This document shows, one piece after another, positions 28,401 to 32,000 of a stretch of DNA of 32,000 nucleotides (the stretch's first letter is position 1; every line of letters begins with the position of its first letter). The position numbers were made by a program, and so were the translations under genes. Where the stretch lies: NCBI RefSeq assembly GCF_012562765.1, contig NZ_CP046226.1:240001-272000 (forward strand), given 5' to 3'. The notes beneath the pieces were generated by a model. It was not told the origin of the DNA and did not search any database. It was given only the letters and a program-made list of their open reading frames with translations. This DNA comes from Candidatus Saccharimonadota bacterium. GTDB lineage: Bacteria > Pseudomonadota > Gammaproteobacteria > Enterobacterales > Enterobacteriaceae.

Positions 28401-28927
28401 TTAGTACGAGTTAATTCTAAATAAAAATTATTAGGAAAATATTTTTTATAAAAACTAATAATTTTTTTAACTAAAAAAATATTTTTATTTAATATATTTT
28501 TTCCTATATCTCCTTGAACTCCACCTGATAATATAATTAATCCTTTATTATATTTTTTTAATATATTATATGTTATAAAAGGTCCAATAAAATTATTATA
28601 ACCACTTTTATAAGCATCAGAAATTAATAATTTTAAATTATTATAACCAATATTATTTTGTGCTAAAATAATTATTTTAGTAAAATAATTATTTGAATTA
28701 ATACAATTTTTTATTATAAATTCAGATCCAATAATTGCTTTAATACCTAAATTATGAGATTTTTTATAAAATTTTATTACACCAAATATATTAGTAATAT
28801 CAGTAATTGCTATTGCAGGCATATTAAATTCAAATGTTTTTTTAATTAAATGTTCAATTTTTGCTAATCCATCTTTCATAGAATAATCACTATGAACATG
28901 TAAATGAATAAATTTTTTATATTTCAT
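25433..28927 (-). CDS. dnaE: DNA polymerase III subunit alpha
   Basis: The ORF is 1164 aa (E. coli DnaE is 1160 aa). It has the PHP N-terminus FIHLHVHSDYSMKDGLAKI, the palm region PDFDIDFC, GKHAGGVVI and FDFLGLRTLT, and a clamp-binding-like QIDMF. Confidence 0.96.
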   Translation of the reverse strand: MKYKKFIHLHVHSDYSMKDGLAKIEHLIKKTFEFNMPAIAITDITNIFGVIKFYKKSHNLGIKAIIGSEFIIKNCINSNNYFTKIIILAQNNIGYNNLKLLISDAYKSGYNNFIGPFITYNILKKYNKGLIILSGGVQGDIGKNILNKNIFLVKKIISFYKKYFPNNFYLELTRTNRINEEIYIYLALNIASDFNLPVVATNEVCFLNKKDFLAHEIRVSINKGCTLNQFKKKSNYSSEQFFKSAEEMSKLFYDIPESLENSIEISKRCNVILTLGKYFLPIFNNHINNQDLLITQSKIGLKKRLKILFPDIKIRNYKKNKYKKRLLKELDIINKMNYPSYFLIVMEFVQWSKDNNIPIGPARGSGAGSLVAYCLYITNIDPIQFNLIFERFLNPERISLPDFDIDFCMEKRDLVIEHVKNIYGYEKVSQIITFGTMTAKAVIRDVGRVLGYPYDFVNRISKLIPLDVGINLKKAFIINKKLSNLYKLDNNVKNLVDTSLKLEGTIRNVGKHAGGVVISPSKITKFTPIYCDSKGENIVTQFDKDDIEDIGLVKFDFLGLRTLTVIDHALKIINQKNIQENKILININSINLNDKKIYSYLKKANTTAIFQLESKGIKDLIKRLKPDNFEDIISLLALFRPGPLQSGMVDNFIDRKHGKEIISYPDIKWQHDKLKPILKSTYGIILYQEQVMKIAQILAGYSLGKADVLRRVISKKQHKEMFKQRSYFLQGSKKLNIDTTLSMKIFDFLENFAAYGFNKSHSVGYALISYQTLWLKVYYPAEFMAAVLTSEMDNTEKIINLVKECWNIKINLLPPNINTSIYEFHVNKIGNIVYGFGAIKGIGKNQIDHILNIRKKHGPYKSIMDLCINTNFKKINKRVIKKLITSGAMDCFKQNRGILYNKLDDTIKISQQYLNIKKTGQIDMFKLIDKDQNILNDINLIWSKKEKLLKEKNTLGFYLSGHPFSEYFKEIKYFFNINYIKDIPFYFKKHIFILKIAGIISNIHYIINNNKKKIIAFNIDDYTKIIEVNITLDLFNKFFHLIKLNNILIIKGLIFFDNFMKKFKFKGINIIDIETFRKKYIFSISIIIQENRLFLNKKFLKKLKNFLFENNNIKGIPIYFYYKNNKIEIYHNQIYKVLINDILLTKLKYILGKNDLKLNYNFNK

Positions 28928-28969
28928 TTTTGTAAAAATTTTAATTAATATTTTTTTAAAATTTAATTA

Positions 28970-29005
28970 TATATTTAATGCTAAATAACTTTAGCATTAA
29001 ATATA
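28970..29005 (-). terminator. Strong stem-loop in skp-dnaE spacer (candidate skp terminator)
   Basis: The element tatatttaatgctaaa-taac-tttagcattaaatata forms a perfect 16-bp stem with a 4-nt loop. It includes adjacent G:C/C:G pairs. It lies 18 nt downstream of the skp TAG on the - strand. It is the longest perfect inverted repeat I found in any spacer. Confidence 0.45.
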
Positions 29006-29022
29006 ATATTAATTAAATTTTA

Positions 29023-29535
29023 CTATTTAATTGGAAGTTTATCTTGAGCTAAAACTTCATTGGTTATATCTTTGATATTCTTTATATAAAGAACAAAAGT
29101 AGAATCAAAAACTATATTAAAATGCTCTTTTTTTGCAATTATGTTTATTAATTTTTGAATATGATTAAGTATAATATTACGTGCTTCAATTTGTTTTTTA
29201 TTATTTTCTTTTTTAAAATTTTCTGTTTTAATTATTAAAATATTTTTAAGTTTTTCTATATCTTTTTCTAATTTTATTTTTTCAGAAGGTATCATAGATA
29301 TACCTTGATCTTGTATCATTCTTATTTTTGAATTTAATTCATTTTGTAATTTCTGAATTTTAATTAATTGAGGATTTAAATCATTTTCTAATTTTTTAAC
29401 AAAAAATTTTTTTAAAGGTATTTGTTCAAAAATTTTTGCAACATTTACTACTGCGATTTTATTATTACAACAAAAAGTTTGAGTACTTAATATTGTTAAA
29501 AACAATCCTATAAAAATTTTAAAAAAAAATTTCAT
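29023..29535 (-). CDS. skp: Periplasmic chaperone Skp (OmpH)
   Basis: The 170-aa ORF has an N-terminal hydrophobic signal-like segment, MKFFFKIFIGLFLTILSTQTF. NKIAVVNVAKIFEQ and the C-terminal IKDITNEVLAQ align with E. coli Skp DKIAIVNMGSLFQQ and VKDITADVLKQ. It lies directly downstream of bamA. A GAAGGA SD lies upstream. TAG stop. Confidence 0.85.
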   Translation of the reverse strand: MKFFFKIFIGLFLTILSTQTFCCNNKIAVVNVAKIFEQIPLKKFFVKKLENDLNPQLIKIQKLQNELNSKIRMIQDQGISMIPSEKIKLEKDIEKLKNILIIKTENFKKENNKKQIEARNIILNHIQKLINIIAKKEHFNIVFDSTFVLYIKNIKDITNEVLAQDKLPIK

Positions 29536-29589
29536 GTTTTTTTTCCTTCTATGATATATAAATTTTATTTAAATCAAACTTAAAATAAG

Positions 29590-32000
29590 TTATTCTTGAA
29601 TTTTACCTATATTAAATTGAAATTGTTCAACTTGATCTTGATCATATTTAATTAAAGGATATGCGTAAGAAAAAACTATTGTTCCAAAAGGAGAATACCA
29701 TTTAAAAGCAATACCTACAGAAGACCTCATATTAGTTAATATATTAGTTTTAGAAATTTTATATAATTTCATTAAATAATTATCTTTTAATAAAGTATCC
29801 CAAATATTTCCAATATCTAAAAAAATAGATGTACGTATATTTTTTTTAAATTTTTCCTTTATAAAAGGAATAGGAACAATTAATTCAGTACTAAAATTAG
29901 CTATCGTATTCCCTCCAATATAATCATTAGATGTACATATTATATGTTTATTAGTACAAAAATATTTAGATGAATTATAATATAATGCTTTTGGACCTAT
30001 ATAATTTATTTTAAAACCACGTAATGTTTCTGCTCCACCTAAAAAAAAATTTTTATTGAAAGGAAAATTTCCATTTTTAAAACCATTACCATATCCAATA
30101 TTGCTTTTTAATAAAAAGATTAATTTTGAAAAATTATTTAAATTATTATTTTTCATAATTGAGTATAAAGGAATATATGTTGAATTACTCATATTTATTT
30201 TATAATAATAATTTTTGGATATTGGAAGATTAAAACTTGTATTTATGATACTAATATTTCCTTTTGTTGGTAAAAATTTATCATTTAAAGTATTAAAAAT
30301 AAATAAATTTTTTAAATTTAAACTATTTATAATATAATGATTAGAATTATTTAAATTAAAATTATAACCTATTTTTCTTAAAAAATTCCAAATAGATATT
30401 TGAGGTTTTACATCTAAAAAATTATTAATATTATATTCAAGATTATTTTGTATTTTTAAATTTTTACTAACAGGATAATTTAATATTCCAGAAATACCTC
30501 TACTTTTATTTATAAGATTTGAATTTTGTATTTTAAAATTATTAAAAAATAACTTTGTACCTAAATTAATATTTTTATTTAAAAAATATGAATTCATTAA
30601 AGAAAATTCAAAATAAGTTTGTAATGAATCTGTATTAACTTTTACATTAATATTATTTCCTGTTCCAAGAAAATTATCTTCTCCTATATCTGATTGTAAT
30701 GAAAATCCATTATTACTACCATAACCAAAATGAATGTTTAAAACACCACTATCACGTTCATCAACCTTAAATATTAAATCTATTGTATGTTTTATATCAT
30801 TATTTTTTTTTAAAAAAACTTCTATATTTTCAAAATAACCTAATAAATTTAAATTTTTTTTAGTTTTTTGAATTAAACTACTATCAAACCAAGTATTTTC
30901 CATTTGGATAGTTTCATTACGTAATATATTATCTTTTGTTAAAGAATTTCCTATATATTCTATTTTTCTTATAAAATATTTTTTACCTGTATGTATATTA
31001 AATATTATTTTTACAGAATTATTATTTATATTAAATTTATTTAAAATTTGAACACGAGGATATAAAAATCCATATTTTCCTAAAATATTAATAATTTTAT
31101 TTTTAGTCTGTGTAATTTTATTATTATTATATAAATCTCCTGATTTAATTTTTGTTATATTTTTTATTTTATCTAATAATTCTTTTTTATCAATATTATA
31201 TATTACTTTATCAAATTTAAATTTTTTATTTTCATTAATTTTATAAGTAATGTATATATTTTTTTTATTATTTGAAAAATTATGAGTAATTAATTTTATT
31301 TTAAAAAGAGCAAATCCTTTATTTAAATAAAATTTTTTTAAATTTTCTATATCATTATTAATATAGTCTATATAATAATTATTATTTAAAAAAAAATTTA
31401 TAAAAGATCTTTTAGAATTCCATTTTAAATAATACAATAAATATTCTTTAGTATAAGAATTATTTCCTAAAATATTTATTTGTTTAATTTTTGATATTTG
31501 TCCTTCATGTAACAAAAATTTAATAGCAACATAATTATGAGGTTGTCTAATAATTTTAATTATTACTTGAGAATTAAACATTCCATTATTTAAATAAATA
31601 TTTTCTATCTGTTTTTTTATAAAAAATAATGCTGGATAATCAATAATTATTCCTTTATTTACTCCAATATTATTAATAATATTTTGTAAAATATTACTTT
31701 TAATAAATTTATTACCATTAAAAATAATATTAGAAATTACAGGTTTTTCTAATATTTTAATTACTATATTATTTTTCTCTCTAAATACATATATGTTTTC
31801 AAACATACCAATATCAAATAATGTATGTATTAATCTAGTTAAATCTTTATTAGTAATATAATCTCCTATTTTTATAGGTAAATTTTGAGTTATACTATTT
31901 GTTTTAAATTTATCCAATCCAAATATTATAATTTTATTTATGCAAAAAATATTTTTTTTATTAGAATCTATAGATGTACAATTGATATTAGTACTAATAA
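29590..32000 (-). CDS. bamA: Outer membrane protein assembly factor BamA; 5' end (signal peptide) lies beyond window edge
   Basis: The tracked ORF (29590..31917) begins at a TTG, but the frame stays open upstream to base 32000. I translated that stretch as ...ISTNINCTSIDSNKKNIFCINKIIIFG-L-DKFK. NIFCINKIIIFGL...LPIKIGDYI aligns with E. coli GFVVKDIHFEGLQRV...MPVRTGDTV in POTRA1. The C-terminus EQFQFNIGK matches the BamA barrel end. Confidence 0.9.
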   Translation of the reverse strand, partial: ISTNINCTSIDSNKKNIFCINKIIIFGLDKFKTNSITQNLPIKIGDYITNKDLTRLIHTLFDIGMFENIYVFREKNNIVIKILEKPVISNIIFNGNKFIKSNILQNIINNIGVNKGIIIDYPALFFIKKQIENIYLNNGMFNSQVIIKIIRQPHNYVAIKFLLHEGQISKIKQINILGNNSYTKEYLLYYLKWNSKRSFINFFLNNNYYIDYINNDIENLKKFYLNKGFALFKIKLITHNFSNNKKNIYITYKINENKKFKFDKVIYNIDKKELLDKIKNITKIKSGDLYNNNKITQTKNKIINILGKYGFLYPRVQILNKFNINNNSVKIIFNIHTGKKYFIRKIEYIGNSLTKDNILRNETIQMENTWFDSSLIQKTKKNLNLLGYFENIEVFLKKNNDIKHTIDLIFKVDERDSGVLNIHFGYGSNNGFSLQSDIGEDNFLGTGNNINVKVNTDSLQTYFEFSLMNSYFLNKNINLGTKLFFNNFKIQNSNLINKSRGISGILNYPVSKNLKIQNNLEYNINNFLDVKPQISIWNFLRKIGYNFNLNNSNHYIINSLNLKNLFIFNTLNDKFLPTKGNISIINTSFNLPISKNYYYKINMSNSTYIPLYSIMKNNNLNNFSKLIFLLKSNIGYGNGFKNGNFPFNKNFFLGGAETLRGFKINYIGPKALYYNSSKYFCTNKHIICTSNDYIGGNTIANFSTELIVPIPFIKEKFKKNIRTSIFLDIGNIWDTLLKDNYLMKLYKISKTNILTNMRSSVGIAFKWYSPFGTIVFSYAYPLIKYDQDQVEQFQFNIGKIQE

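Noticed and set aside
1-32000. tRNA, rRNA, tmRNA, RNase P, 6S and 4.5S RNA genes in any spacer.
   Set aside because: All spacers are nearly devoid of G/C. None shows the G/C-rich helices or conserved tRNA T-loop (GTTCRA) elements such genes keep even in A/T-rich symbionts.
1-32000. A novel defence, toxin, secretion or other accessory system, as suggested in the task.
   Set aside because: Every ORF of 60 codons or more that is not antisense to a conserved gene is a recognisable housekeeping ortholog of normal length. No orphan ORFs, repeat arrays, integrase or transposase remnants, or compositional islands are present.

Overview
The window is extremely A+T-rich (by eye about four-fifths A+T, not computed), and the intergenic spacers are almost free of G/C. 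It looks like a reduced gammaproteobacterial, Enterobacterales-type genome, most consistent with an obligate insect endosymbiont (Wigglesworthia/Buchnera/Blochmannia-like). I cannot name the organism. I count 22 protein-coding genes, all recognisable orthologs of E. coli housekeeping genes. On the + strand: sucB (3' part), cydA, cydB, cydX, parE, aceE, aceF, lpdA. On the - strand: dapE, lon, clpX, clpP, tig, bolA, suhB. On the + strand: nfuA, metA, proS. On the - strand: tilS, dnaE, skp, bamA (5' end beyond the window). The standard genetic code applies: Trp is TGG, and TAA, TAG and TGA are all used as stops. I see no rRNA, tRNA or ncRNA, no mobile element, CRISPR or prophage, and no toxin-antitoxin or defence-like gene. 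I therefore find no support for a novel multi-gene system; this is core, syntenic, genome-reduction territory. The observations worth a second look are these. (1) suhB is retained, but 3 of the 4 carboxylate metal ligands of the inositol-monophosphatase fold appear substituted. (2) AceF has one intact lipoyl domain plus a second whose lipoyl-lysine is replaced (DKA to NTN). (3) Relative to the E. coli bamA...proS block, lpxD-fabZ-lpxA-lpxB-rnhB and accA are missing, with a perfect 16-bp hairpin in the skp|dnaE scar. (4) An untracked 33-codon cydX lies after cydB. (5) G/C-anchored hairpins sit just downstream of several stop codons. (6) Many in-frame 9-11 nt poly(A)/poly(T) tracts occur in essential genes. 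All homology statements rest on my recollection of E. coli protein sequences and by-eye alignment; no searches were run.
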